The position numbers were made by a program, and so were the translations under genes. Under the pieces are notes generated by a model, which saw only the letters and a program-made list of their open reading frames with translations, ran no database searches and was not told the origin of the DNA. From Hypanus sabinus (taxonomy: Eukaryota): DNA of 64,000 nucleotides. This document shows positions 1 through 12,289 of this stretch, in pieces. Each line of letters opens with the position of its first letter. The first letter of the stretch is position 1. The DNA lies in assembly GCF_030144855.1 (NCBI RefSeq), contig NC_082706.1, forward strand, positions 106,578,001 through 106,642,000. Direction: 5' to 3'.

Positions 1-289
1 TGAACATATTCACCACTTCGCCTGAACGAGGCCCAGTGTCTGCCTTGCTAGCATGCGGTCAGGTAGGGGAGCCGCTCGCTGCACTCCTCTTGGACACAGG
101 CTCTGCAGTGTTGCTTTTTTTAATTTCCATTCCTTTTCCCCATTCTTTCCCCTCTTTTCCGATCAAATAGTTATTGAAAAATATTATATTTGATGTGTTA
201 ACAGGGCTTAATATGTGTTTTCCAGAGGCTAGTGACTTAAGCAGCCATTCTCGATGATGACATCACTGGAAAAAAAAACCAGACATGTG

Positions 290-3200
290 ATTCTGTGAAC
301 GCTGGAAAGAAATTCAGATGGTAGGTTGCATCCCAGGTGCCAGGGTCCGGGATGTTTTGGATCGCGTCCAAGATATCTTGCAGTGGGAGGGAGAACAGCC
401 AAAGGTTGTGATACATCTTGGTACCAATGACATTGGTAGGAAAAGTGAAGACGTCTTGAGGAAAGACTACAGGGAGTCAGGCAGGTAGTTGAGAAGCAGG
501 ACCACAAAGGTAGTAATATCAGGATTACTGCCTGTACCACACAACGTTGAGAATAGGAATAGGATGAGGTGGAAGATAAATGCATGGCTGAGGGATTGGA
601 GCAGGGGGCAGGGATTCAGAATTCTGGATCATTAGAACTTCTTTTGGGGCAGGTGTGACCTGTACAAAAAGGACAGGTTGCACTTGAATCCCAGGGGAAC
701 CAATGTCCAGGTGGGGAGTTTTCCTAAGGCTACTGGGGAGAGTTTAAACTAGAGTTGTTGGGAGTGGGAGCTGAACTGAAGAGACTGGGGAAGAAGAGGT
801 TAGCTCACAGATAGAGAAAACTTGGAGACAATGTGAGAGGGAGGTTAGGCAGGTGATAGAGAAGGGATGCACTCTGACTGAAGGTTTGAGATGTGTCTAT
901 TTTAACACATAGTATTGTGAACAAAGCAGATGAGTGTGGAGCATGCATCTGTACTTGGAGATATGTGGGGTGGCATAGCACTGTTGATCAGAGATGGTGT
1001 CACAGCTGCAGAAAAGGTGGACACCATGGAGGGATTGTCTACACAGTATCTTGTGGGTGGAGGTAAGGAACAGGAAGGGGACAATAACTTTACTGGGTGT
1101 TTTTTATAAGCTGCTCAATCGTAACAGGGATATCAAGGAGCAGATAGGAAAACAGATCTTGGAAAGGTGTAATAATAACAGGGTTGTCATGATGGGAGAT
1201 TTTAATTTCCCTAGAGCAAGGGGTTTAGATGGGGTGGAGTTTGTTCGGTGTGTTCAGGAAGGTTTCTTGACACAATAGGTAGACAAGCCTACAAGAGGAG
1301 AGACTGTATGTGATTTGGTATTAAGAAATGAACCTGGTCAGGTATCAGATCTCTCAGTGGGAGAGAATTTTGAAGATAGTGATCATAATTTTGTCTCCTT
1401 TACAATAGCTTGGAGAGAGATAGGAACAGACAAGTTAAAAAAAGAGTTTAATTGGAGTAAGAGGAATTATCAGGGTATCGGGTAGGAAATTGGAAGCTTA
1501 AATTGGAAACAAATGTTGTCAGGGAAATGTATGGAAGAAATGTGGCAAATGTTCAGGGGATATTTGTGTGCAGTTCTGCATAGGTACATTCTAATCAGAC
1601 AGGGAATTTATGGTAGGGTACAGGAAGCATGGTGTACAAAGGCTGTAATAAATCGAGTCAAGAAGAAAAGAAAAATTTTCAAAAGGTTCAGAGAGCTAGG
1701 TAATGTTAGAAATCTAGAAGATTAAAAGGCTAATAGGAAGGAGTTTAAGAAGGAAATTAGGAGATCCAGAAGGGGCCATGAGAAGGCCTTGGCAAGCAGG
1801 ATTAAAGAAAACCCCAAGGCATTCTACAAGTATGTGAATTGCAAGAAGATAAGACTTGAAAGAATAGAAACTATCAAGTGTAACAGTTGGAAAGTGTGTG
1901 TGGAACTGGAGGAAATAGCAGAGGTACTTAATGGATACTTTACTTCAGTATTCACAATGGACTAGGATCTTGGTGATTGTAGTGATGACTTTCAGCAGAC
2001 TGAAAAGCTTGAGCATGTAGATATTAAGAAAGAGGATTTGCTGGAGCTTTTGGAAGGCAACAAGTTGTATAAATTGCCAAGACCAGATTGCCAAGGCTAC
2101 TGTGGGAGGTGAGGGAGGAGATTGCTGAGCCTCTGGCTATGATCTTTGCATCATCAATGGGGATGGGAGAGGTTCCAGAAGATTGAAGGGTTGCGAATGT
2201 TGTTCCTTTATTGAAGAAAGAGAGTAGAGATAGCCCAGGAAATTATTGACCAGTGATTCTTACCGCAGTGGTTGGTAAGTTGATGGAGAAGATTCTGAGA
2301 GGCAGGATTCATGAACATTTGGAGAGGTATAATATGATTAGGAATAGTTAGCATGGCTTTGTCAAGGGCAGGTCATGCCTTACGAGCCTGATATGTGACT
2401 AAACACATTTGGATATGTGACTAAACACATTGATGAAGCAAGAGCAGTAGATGCAGTGTATATGGATTTCAGCAAGGCATTTGATAAGTGACCCCATGCA
2501 AGGCTTATTGAGAAAGTAAAGAGGCATGGGATCCAAAGGGACATTGCTTTGTGGATCCAAAACTGGCTTGCCTACAGAAGACAAAGAGTGGTTGTAGGCG
2601 GGTCATATTCGGCATGGAGGTCGGTCACCAGTGGGATGTCTCAGAGATCTGTTCTGGGACCTCTTTGTGATTATTATAAATGACCTGGATGAGGAAGTGG
2701 AGGGATGGGTTAGTGAGTTTGTTGTTGACACAAAGGTTGGGGCCAGGATGTGTGGTGGATAGTGTGGAGGGCTGTCAGATGTTACAGCGGGACATTGGTA
2801 GGTTGCAAAATAGGGCTGAGAAGTGGCAGACGGAGTTCAGCCCAGAGAAGTGTGAAGTGGTTCATTTTGGTATGTCATATATAGAACATAGAACAATACA
2901 GCACAGTACAGGCCCTTCGGCCCACAATGTTGTGCCGACCCTTTACCCCTGCCTCCCATATAACCCTCAACCTTAAATTTCTCCATATACCTGTCTAGTA
3001 ATCTCTTAAATTTCACTAGTGTAGCTGCCTCCACCACTGACTCAGGCCGTGCATTCCATGCACCAACCACTCTCTGAGTAAAAACCCTTCTTCTAATATC
3101 CCCCTTAAACTTTCCACCCCTTAACTTAAAGCCATGTCATCTTGTATTGAGCAGTGGGGCCCTAGGAAAGAAGCGCTAGTTGTCCACTCTATCTATTCCT

Positions 3201-3767
3201 CTTAATATATTGTATACCTCTATCATGTCTCTTCTCATCCTCCTTCTCTCCAAACAGTAAAGTCCTAGCTCCCCTAATCTCTGAACATAATCCATACTCT
3301 AAACCAGGCAGCATCCTGGTAAATCTCCTCTGTACCCTTTCCAATGCTTCCACATCCTTCCTATAGTGAAGCGACCAGAAATGGACGCAGTACTCCAAGT
3401 GTGGCCTAACCAGTGTTTTATAGAGCTGCATCATTACCCCGTGACTCTTAAACTCTTTCCCTGCACTTATGAAAGCTAACACTCCATAAACTTTCTTAAC
3501 TACTCTATCTACTTGTGAGGCAACTTTCAGGGATGTGTGGACTTGTACCCCCAGATCCCTCTGCTCCTTCAAGCTCCCAAGCTTGATGGCAGAATATAGT
3601 ATTAATGGTAAGACTCTTGGCAGTGTGGAGGATCAGAGGGATCTTGGAGTCCGAGTCCAGGGGACGTTCAAAGCAGCTGTGCAGATTGACTCTGTGGTCA
3701 AGAAGGCTTATGGTTTATTGGTCTTCATTAATCTTGGAATTGAATTTAGAAGCCGAGAGGTAATGTT
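290..3767 (+). mobile_element. Degenerate CR1 LINE (end of ORF1 esterase, ORF2 EN/RT), 5' part; interrupted by later insertions and resumes at 8024
   Basis: Fragments read as CR1 motifs: GARVRDV..GTNDIG (ORF1 SGNH), LGVFY..N, VMMGDFNFP (EN), GFVKGRSCL, DFSKAFD (RT); many stops. Homologous copy at ~47140-50700. Confidence 0.85.
2878..3575 (-). mobile_element. 5'-truncated CR1 3' fragment inserted antisense into the + strand CR1
   Basis: ORF 3189..3572(-) RDLGV..RPHLEYCVHFW..LERVQRRFTRM; ends in (TTCTATG)-type tail at ~2880; same insertion at ~49228-49945. Confidence 0.85.
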
Positions 3768-3855
3768 ATAGACAATAAACAATAGGTGCAGAAGTAGACC
3801 ATTTGGCCCCTCGAGTCTGCACCGCCATTCTGAGATCATGGCTGATCATTCACTA

Positions 3856-6800
3856 TCAATACCCAGTCCCTGCCTTGTCCCCATATCCCTTGATTCCCCT
3901 ATCCATCAGATATCTATCCAGCTCCTTCTTGAAAGCATCCAGAGAATTGGCCTCCACCGTCTTCTGAGGCAGTGCATTCCACACCTCCACAACTCTCTGG
4001 GAGAAGAAGCTCTTCCTCAACTCTGTTTTAAATAACTGACCTCTTATTCTCAATCCATGCCCTCTGGTACTGGACTCTCCCAACATCTGGAACATATTTC
4101 CTGCCTCAATCCTATCAAATCCTTTAATTATCTTAAACGTTTCAATCAGATCCCCTCTCAATCTCCTCAATTCCAGCGTGTACAAGCCCAATCTCTCCAA
4201 TCTCTCTGCGTAAGACAGCCCTGCCATCCCAGGAATCAACCTAGTGAATCTACGCTGCACTTCCTCAATTGCCAGAATGTCCTTCCTTAAACCTGGAGAC
4301 CAAAACTGTACACAATATTCCAGGTGTGGTCTCACCAGGGTCCTGTACAAATGCAAAAGGACATCCTTGTTCTTGTACTCAATTCCCCTTGTAACAAAGG
4401 CCAACATTCCATTTGCCCTCTTCACTGCCTGTTGCACTTGCTCATTCACCTTCATTGACTGGTGAACTAGGACTCCTAGGTCTCTTTGAATTTCTCCCTT
4501 ACCTAACTCTACACCGTTCAGACAATACTCTGCCCTCTTGTTCCTGCTTCCAAAGTGGATAACTTCACATTTATTCACATTGAATGACATCTGCCAAGTA
4601 TCTGCCCACTCACCCAGCCTATCCAAGTCTCCCTGTATTCTCCTAACGTCCTCTTCGCATGTCACACTGCCACCCAGTTTAGTATCATCAGCAAACTTGC
4701 TGATATAGTTTTCAATGCCCTCATCTAAATCATTGACATAAATCGTGAAGAGCTGTGGTTCCAATACAGAGCCCTGTGGTACCCCACTAGTCACCTCCAG
4801 CCAGTCCGAGAAACACCCATTCACTGCTACCCTTTGCTTTCTACCTGCCAACCAGTTTTCTATCCATGCTGAAACCCTGCCCCCAATGCCATGAGCTCTG
4901 ATTTTACTCACCAATCTCCTATGTGGCACCTTATCGAATGCCTTCTGAAAATCTAGGTACACAACATCCACTGGCTTACCCTCATCTAACATCCTTGTTA
5001 CACCCTCAAAAAAACTCCAACAGATTAGTCAAGCATGATTTGCCCTTGGTAAATCCATGCTGGCTCGGCCTAATCCTATTTCTGCCATCAAGATGTGCCA
5101 CTATTTCGTCCTTAATAATGGACTCAAGCATCTTCCCCACGACTGACGTTAGGCTAACAGGGTGATAGTTCTCCGTTTTCTCCTTCCCTCCCTTCTTGAA
5201 AAGTGGGATAACATTAGCCACTCTCCAATCTTCAGGAACTGATCCTGAATCTAAGGAACATTGGAAAATGATTACTAATGCATCCACAAATTCCTGAGCC
5301 ACCTCTTTTAGAACCCTCGGATGCAGACCATCTGGACCCGGGGATTTATTAGCCTTCTGTCCTACCAGTCTACTCATCACAGTTTCTTTCCTAATGTCAA
5401 TCTGTCTCAATTCCTCTGATATCTTATGACCCTGGCCCATCCATACATCTGGGAGATTGCTTGTGTCCTCCCTGGTGAAGACAGATCTAAAGTACGCATT
5501 AAATTCTGTTGCCATTTCCCTGTTTCCCATAACAATTTCTCCCAATTCATTCTTCAAGGGGCCAACATTGTTCTTAACTATCTTCTTTCTCTTCACATAG
5601 CTAAAAAAGCTTTTGCTATCCCCTTTTATATTCCTGGCTAGACTCTCATACCTGATTTTTTCTCTCTGTATTGCTTTTTTAGTTAAGATCTGCTGTTCCT
5701 TAAAACTTTCCCAATCATCTGTATTCCCACTCATCTTAGCCCTGTCATACTTCTTTTTCTTTAATGCTATACAATCTCTGACTTCCTGTGGCCCCTTCCC
5801 CCTCTTTGAATCCTTCCTTCTCATTGGAATGAACTGCTTTTGCATCTTTTGTATTATGCCCAAGAATATCTGCCACTGCTGATCCACTGTCTTTCCTGCC
5901 AGGGCATCCGCCCATTTAACTTTGGCCAGCTCTTCCCTCATGGCTCCGTAGTCTCCTTTATTTAATTGCAACACTGACACCTCTGATCTGCCCTTATCCC
6001 TCTCAAATTGTAGATAAAAACTTATCATGTTATGATCACTACTTCCTAATGGCTCCTTTACTTCAAGATCACTTATCAATTCCTGTTCATTACACATCAC
6101 CAAGTCCAAAATAGTCTCGTTCCTGGTTGGCTCAAGCACAAGCTGTTCCAAAAATACATCCCTTAAACACTCCACAAACTCCCTATCCTGGGGTCCAGCA
6201 CCTACCTGATTCTCCCAGTTCACCTGCATGTTGAAATCTCCCATAACGACTGCATTACCTTTAGCACATGCCAATGTTAACTCCCTAATCAACTTGTACC
6301 CAATATCCACGCTACTGTTTGGGGGCCTGCACACAACACCCATTAGGGTCTTTTTACCCTTACTGTTCCTCAGCTCAATCTACACAGACTCTACTTCCCC
6401 TGTTCCCAGGTCACCTCTTGCTAAGGACTGAATCTCATTCCTCACCAACAGGGCCACCCCACCCCCTCTTCCCATATTTCTGTCTCTACGATAGCACGTA
6501 TACCCTGGTATACTCAATTCCCAGGCCTGATCCCCTTGCAGCCATGTCTCCGTTATCCGAACAATATCGTAGTTCCCCATTTTCATCTGAGCTTCAAGCT
6601 CATCTATCTTATTTCTGACACTACGCGCATTCAAGTATAGAACTCTTAGCCCATTCCTCCTCTCTTTGCTTAAAACACTGTCTACTGTACCTAACCCAGC
6701 TCCTTGAACTTCCATCGGGCAAATTGCACCCTGAATTTTGATGACCTTCTCAAGATCACCCAAACCTTCTGCACATTTAACCCCATGCTCCTTCTGACCA

Positions 6801-6883
6801 ACCCTCTGGATCTGGATCCCTGCCCCCTGCACATCTAGTTTAACCCCCCCCTCCCCGAACAGCACTGGCAAACACTCCTGCAA
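3856..6883 (-). pseudogene. CR1 ORF2 (APE endonuclease + reverse transcriptase), broken into three ORFs
   Basis: YLNARS..ITETW (6380..6883), VMGDFN, SPGPDGLHP, QHGFTKGKSC (5006..6343), DFQKAFD, GVPQGSVL, FADD (3856..4992). Confidence 0.9.
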
Positions 6884-7781
6884 GAATGTTAGTACCCCTC
6901 CGGTTCAGATGTAGACCGTCCCTTCGAAATAGATCCCAATGTCACTGGAACAAAGACCAATTATCCAAAAACCTGAACCCTTCCTTCCTGCACCATGCTC
7001 TCAGCCTCGTACTAATGTGCATAATCATTCTATTCTTCGCCTCACTCGCAGGTGGCACAGGTAGCAATCCCGAGATCTTCACCCTGGAGGTCCTGCCTTT
7101 CAGCTTCACTCCTAACTCCCTGAACTCTCTAAGCAGGACCCCCTCACTCGCCTTACCTACATCATTGGTCCCTACATGGACCACTACATCTGGGTTCATG
7201 CCCTCATTCTCAAGAATAGCCTGCACCCGATCTGAGATGTCCCGGACCCTGGCACCAGGGAGGCAACATACCATCCAAGACTCCCGATCTGCCCCACAAA
7301 ATCTCCTATCTGCCCCCCTAACTATAGAATCCCCTAAAACTATCGCTCTCTTCTCTTCCCTCCTCCCCTTTCTAGTTGAGGGTTCAACCTCTGTGCCAGA
7401 GGCAGGACCACTACAACTCATTCCTGGTAGGTCAACCCCATCAACAGTATCCAGTACGGTAAACTTATTGTTAATGGGAATGGCCGCAGGGGTGCACTGC
7501 TCTCTCTGCCTGCTCCCCCTGCCTCTCTGGACCGTCACCCATCTGCCTACTTCTTGGTTTTTTGGTGTGACTACCTCCTGATAACTCCTATCTATCTCTG
7601 CTTCTGCCTCCCGAATGATCCGTAGTTCATCCAGCTCCAGCTCCAACTCCCTAACTCGGGCTGATAGCACCTGCAGCTGGACGCACCTCTTGCAGGTGTA
7701 GTCATCAGGGACAACTGTGTTGACCCTGACTTCCCACATACTGCATACGGAGCACACCACTGCTCTGACTGTCTCCCCCAT
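6836..7781 (-). pseudogene. CR1 ORF1 (Cys-rich N-terminus + SGNH esterase domain) with one in-frame premature stop at ~6942
   Basis: CSVCSMWEV..DYTCKRC; AIVLGDSIVRG, VHVGTND, and after the TGA the same frame continues HWDLFRRDGLHLN (SGNH blocks I, III, V). Confidence 0.85.
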
Positions 7782-8023
7782 ACCTGAACTGGATTAATAG
7801 AATGTCTAAAAAGCACCTAGCGACCTTACCTTCTTCCCCTCAGCGAGCAAACACACAGGCTTGCCGAAGGCCACTTAGCCAAAGCCCAGGACTCTGCTCC
7901 CACGGACTCCGCTGCCCGCTCTGAAAAGAAGTCCTGCCTTTTAAAGTGCGCGCTCGACGCTGACGTCACTCGCGCCTGCGCAGTTCCCCCTCCTCCACAG
8001 GTATTGACCAGGTGGTCTATATA

Positions 8024-8575
8024 GTTGCAGCTATATAGGACCCTGGTCAGACCCCACTTGGAGTACTGTGCTCAGTTCTGGTCATCTTACTGCAGGAAGG
8101 ATGTGGAAGCCATAGAAAGGGTGCAGAGGAGATTTACCAGGATGTTGCCTGGATTGGGGAGCATGCCTTATGAGAATAGGTTGAGTGAACTCAGCCTTTT
8201 CTCCTTGGAGCGAAGGAGGATGAGAGATGACCTGATAGAGGTGTATAAGATGATGAGAGGCATTGAGAGTGTAAATAGTCAGAGGCTTTTTCCCAGGGCT
8301 GAAATGGTTGCCACAAGAAGACACAGGTTTAAGGTGCTGGGAATAGGTACAGAGGAGATATCAGGGTAAGTTTTTTACTCAGAGAGTGGTGAGTGCATGG
8401 AATGGGCTGCTGGCAATGGTGGCGGTGGCGGATACGATAGAGGCTTTTAAGAGACTTTTAGATAGGTACATGGAGCCTAGTAATTTCTAAGGTAGGGACA
8501 TGTTTGGCACAACTTTGTGGGCTGAAGGGACTGTATTGTGCTGTAGGTTTTCTATGTTTCTATGATTCTATGAAA
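8024..8575 (+). mobile_element. 3' end of the + strand CR1 host
   Basis: MQLYRTLVRPHLEYCAQFW..RFTRMLPGL; ends with TTCTATG tail at ~8550-8573. Confidence 0.85.
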
Positions 8576-10529
8576 TGAAAACATAAAATGCTGAAAATAC
8601 TCAAATAATCAGATGGCATCTGTGTAAAGAGAAACAGAGTTAAGGGAAGTCAAAGATAGCATAAAAGAAAAAGAGAGGGCAGGAAGTCTGAAGAAGGATG
8701 GGGAGAGATTAGGAGAATTGAGATAAAAGTGGCAGATGGGACAAAGTGTGGGGAAGCGTGTCGTGATGCAATTTGGTGGAAGGAATAAAGGCACAGACTA
8801 TTCTCTAAACAGAGAGAGAGAGAGCAGAAACCAAACATGCAAGAAGACTTGAGAGTTCTGGTGCAGGATTCCCTAAAGGCTAATTAGCTGTTTGAGTTGG
8901 TAGTGAAGAAGACAAATGATAGCAATCATTGCTATCATCCAGAATATAATCAGAATAGAATGAGAATCAGGTTTAGTATTACTGGCATAGGTCGTGAAAC
9001 ATGTTACTTTGCAGCTGAAGTAGAGTGCATTTTATGATAAAAACTATAAATTATAATTATATATTAAATTAAATAAGTAGCGGAAAAGAGCAAAGAAAGA
9101 AAAAATACTGAGGTAGTACATGAGAATTCATTGTCCATTCAAAAATCTGATAAAAGCAAAAATGTAATGTTGAGTCTTCATAAGACATTGGTTAGACTAT
9201 ATATGGAGTATAGTGAGCAATTTTGGGCTCCATATCTGAGAAAGAATGTCCTGGCATTAGAGAGGGTCCAGATGGGGGTTTAAGAGAATGGTCCAAGGAA
9301 TGAAAGGGTTATCACATAAGGAACATTCGATGGTTCTAGCCTGTTCTCGCTGGAGCTTAGAAGACTGAGGAACATCTCTCTGAAACCTACTAAATATTTA
9401 ACGGCCTGGACGATGAGACAATTTTTCAAATAGTGGGAGAGTCCAGGACTAAAGTACACAGACTCATAATAGGACATTTCTTCAGAACAGAGACCAGGAG
9501 GAATTTCAATGAATCTGTGAAATTCATTGCCATAAACGACTATGGAGGCCAAGTTATTGAATTTATTAAAAAACCGAGGCTGATAGGTACCTGATGGTGT
9601 CAAAGGTTACGGGGAGAAGACAAATAAGTGGGGCTGAGAGGGAAAACGAAACAGAGATGATTCAATGGTCGAGCTGACTCAATGGATCGAATGGTCTAAT
9701 CCTGTTCCTATGTCTTACCGTCTTACGGCTGGGAGAGCGATTGCAGTCGGAGCCTGTACGGAGGAAGCTTCTTAATCGATTAACCTAAACTGCCCTAAAG
9801 GGGTTATCCGAGAAAAAATATACTAACAAATGAGTTGATTTTAACGGGAACGTTTGCGGGAGAGGTTTGCAACTAGTTTTGGGTTACTAATGGAACTTGG
9901 ATGTTTACAGAAAGAGAGTCCTGGACATTCAATAAAGGACGTGCACTGCCTGGGCACCACGGTAGCCTCGAGAAAACCGCGACTCTATTAAAACTCCGGG
10001 TTGTAAATTGTTCCATGATTAGGTTAGGATTAATAAGATTTGTCGCGGGTACCTGGGCCTACACAACGGTCTATTGCTAAATAAACAAATAGATATTGTG
10101 CTTCCCAATTTTCCAACGGAAGCCAATGTAAGCGAATATCTACTGACAGGTTCTGCCCAGTTGGAATCATTAAAACCACGTTCAAAGGGAAAGATGAAAA
10201 ATTCACAGACATGTTGCAGATGGCATTCGGATCATCAAACATCCCACCCAACGGAACGTACAGGGAATATGGTCGCAGCGACGGGAGCGAATGCGAGGCA
10301 GTTCCAGGGTCGGCACTTTAAGGGCGTGTGTGGGGAGGATATCGGTCTCTTGCTCTGTCACAGAATCTGGAGACAAAAGATTAGACAAAGTGAAGTCCAA
10401 AATGATGAAACCAGGGGTGTCTGGGTGAATTATCTCCACGTACTCCTGCCGCCTGAAGGCGCCGAACAACACACCTCTCTACCACTCGCTGAAGACAGTT
10501 GCTCCAACTAGGGAGTTGGGGGGTGGGTG

Positions 10530-10862
10530 ATTTGTACGTTATTCCTGTGACCGCGTGGGTTTCCTCCAGCTGCTCCGGTTTCCTCCCACGTTCAAAACAC
10601 GGGCGGGTTAGCAGGCGCCCAAAACAACACACACAAAATGCTGGAGAAACTCAGCAGGCCAAGCAGCGTTTATGGAAAAGAATAAATAGTCGATGTTTCG
10701 GGCCGAAACTCTTTTTCAGGACTGGAAAGGAAGCAGAGAAGTCAGCGTGAGAAGTCCTACATAATCTGCAAAATTTCTCCTGTTTGCGGGTTAGTAGGTT
10801 AATTGATCACATGGATGTAATTGGATGGCCCGGGCTTGTTGGCCCGAAAGATCTGTTATCGT
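10530..10862 (+). mobile_element. V-SINE (HE1-like) body split by a ~172-bp insert; repeated in all four units (also ~30925-31322, ~41755-42152, ~53020-53350)
   Basis: Core TTTGTACGTT..GCGTGGGTTTCCTCC.GCTGCTCCGGTTTCCTCCCAC; tRNA-like head with A/B-box remnants retained in units 2 and 3; insert flanked by CGGGTTAG(C/T)AGG repeats (exact in unit 4: 53094-53105, 53278-53289). Family name is from recall. Confidence 0.7.
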
Positions 10863-11113
10863 GACGTATTTCTTCATGTTAAGCGAGAGCAAGTTCGAAC
10901 TCCCCAATTGAATTCGACTAATGAACTGCTGTGGAATTCCACCAAAATCTCATTTTATGCGGAGGAAGTAATAGTGTGTCGTTTTCAAATGGGGTTGGAA
11001 GGCGTGGTCTGTGACACGTTGACAGAAAGTGGGACGTGAAGTCTGGTGTAATTTATAACTAGCCAGGCCACATCTGAATCTGTGTCACATTCAGTCACAA
11101 CTCGACAAACAAC
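10861..11113 (+). promoter_or_regulatory. Candidate V-gene promoter (unit 1; conserved upstream of all four V genes)
   Basis: CRE-like GTGACGTA (10861), ETS motif GAGGAAGT (10962), TATA-like TTTATAAC (~11052) about 60 bp before the leader ATG; all present in the four copies. Confidence 0.55.
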
Positions 11114-11537
11114 ATGCGGCGGGGTTGCGTGGCTTTTGTGATACTTTTTCTCCGTTAGTTGATTGATTTTCATCTACTTACACTCTGTTTGTTTCAGTCT
11201 TTCAAACATGTTATGACTTTGATTTCTGTTTCCACAGGCAGATGCCTCGGTGCTGAATTGATACAGTCTCCGATGTCCATCACCCTAAATGAGGGCAAAA
11301 TGGCTAGAATGACCTGTGATCTGGGCACAGCGAACACGGAGTATATCCACTGGTATCGGCAGTCAGATGGGCAACGCCCGGTCAGGATCGTTTATTACAA
11401 TAACGGGGGCACCGTGCGCGATGATGGAATTGATAACAGATTTAAAACGAGGAAAATTGGAGAAAAACTGCATTCTCTAAGTGTGTACCACCTCAAGAAA
11501 GAGGATTCCGGCACCTATTACTGTGCCTATTGGGACC
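11114..11537 (+). CDS. TRGV: TCR V gene segment 1 (gamma-like): leader exon 11114-11153, intron 11154-11237, V exon 11238-11537
   Basis: Spliced product MRRGCVAFVILFLRRCLG-AELIQSP..TC..IHWYRQ..EDSGTYYCAYWD; GT..AG phase-1 intron; followed by 23-RSS; no J/C nearby (translocon). CAYWD and IHWYRQ fit TRGV. Confidence 0.8.
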
Positions 11538-11576
11538 CACAGAGTTAAACTGCAACCGGTGCCTCTGACAAAAACC
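11538..11576 (+). other. 23-bp recombination signal sequence of V1
   Basis: CACAGAG + 23 nt + ACAAAAACC (consensus nonamer). Confidence 0.95.
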
Positions 11577-12289
11577 CTTCCTCGGCGTAGGTTTCATTTC
11601 CGACTCTGCGAATTCGCAGTTTATGCCATAAATTCCATCACCTTTCTTCGGATAAACAACTCTTATCCAATTCTACAGAAGTTACCCGATCAGCCTCATC
11701 GACAGTTTATACACTTACACCTGTCACTCGAGAACTGGGAGTTGGGAGAATATTTTCCCAGGGTACGAGAGCACAGACTAGAGGGGATAGTTTTAAAGTG
11801 AGAGGGGAAAGATCTATAAGAGACCTGTGTGGTATGTTTTTCAGAGAAAGGGCGGTGGGTACAGGCAACAAGCTGCCAGAGGAAGAGTTAGAGGCAGGAA
11901 CCATCCAGAGATTTAAAAGTCATTTGGGCATCTACATGGATAAGAAAGGTTCCGATAAATACGGGTTAAATGCATGTAAACAGGGCTGGTTTCCGTGGGT
12001 AACTTGCTCGGTAAGGACGAGTTGGGCCGAAGGACCTGATTCTGTGCTGTAGATCTCAATGGCTCTTAGAATTACTTCAGATCTCTGCACGGTCGCCACT
12101 CACGCTCCTTTATTCCGTGGAAAACTTTCCCAATCTATCCGACCTCGAAAACTAAATCCTTCAATCCCAGAAACATACCTTCTGCGTCCTCTCTAGTTCA
12201 ATCACAAACAAATATTTAAGCAATAAATACTGAGAAACTGAGGCGTAAAGTCCTTTAAAGTGACTCCATGTGTAGTGGAAACATTTCAG

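Larger units (their letters stand above)
3768..8023 (-). mobile_element. Full-length CR1 LINE (4256 bp), specific to unit 1
   Basis: 5' UTR, ORF1, ORF2, 3' hairpin and (CTATTGT)-like tail; flanked by GTT at 3765-3767 and 8024-8026; the homologous host site near 50120 (GTAATGTTGCAGCTG) is uninterrupted. Confidence 0.92.

Noticed and set aside
6886-7581. 231-aa + strand ORF (and similar ORFs at 14399, 21891, 27548)
   Set aside because: Antisense shadows of CR1 ORFs with no independent protein features.
10030-10251. ORF ending LFVYLAIDRC (GPCR DRY-like) or resembling an inverted V
   Set aside because: The frame is not preserved in the paralogues; no other TM helices, no Trp and no YYC motif.
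11159-11237. N-terminus MIDFHLLTLCLFQSFKHVMTLISVSTG of the four 129-aa ORFs
   Set aside because: Intron read-through; the real leader is a separate upstream exon with a GT..AG intron.
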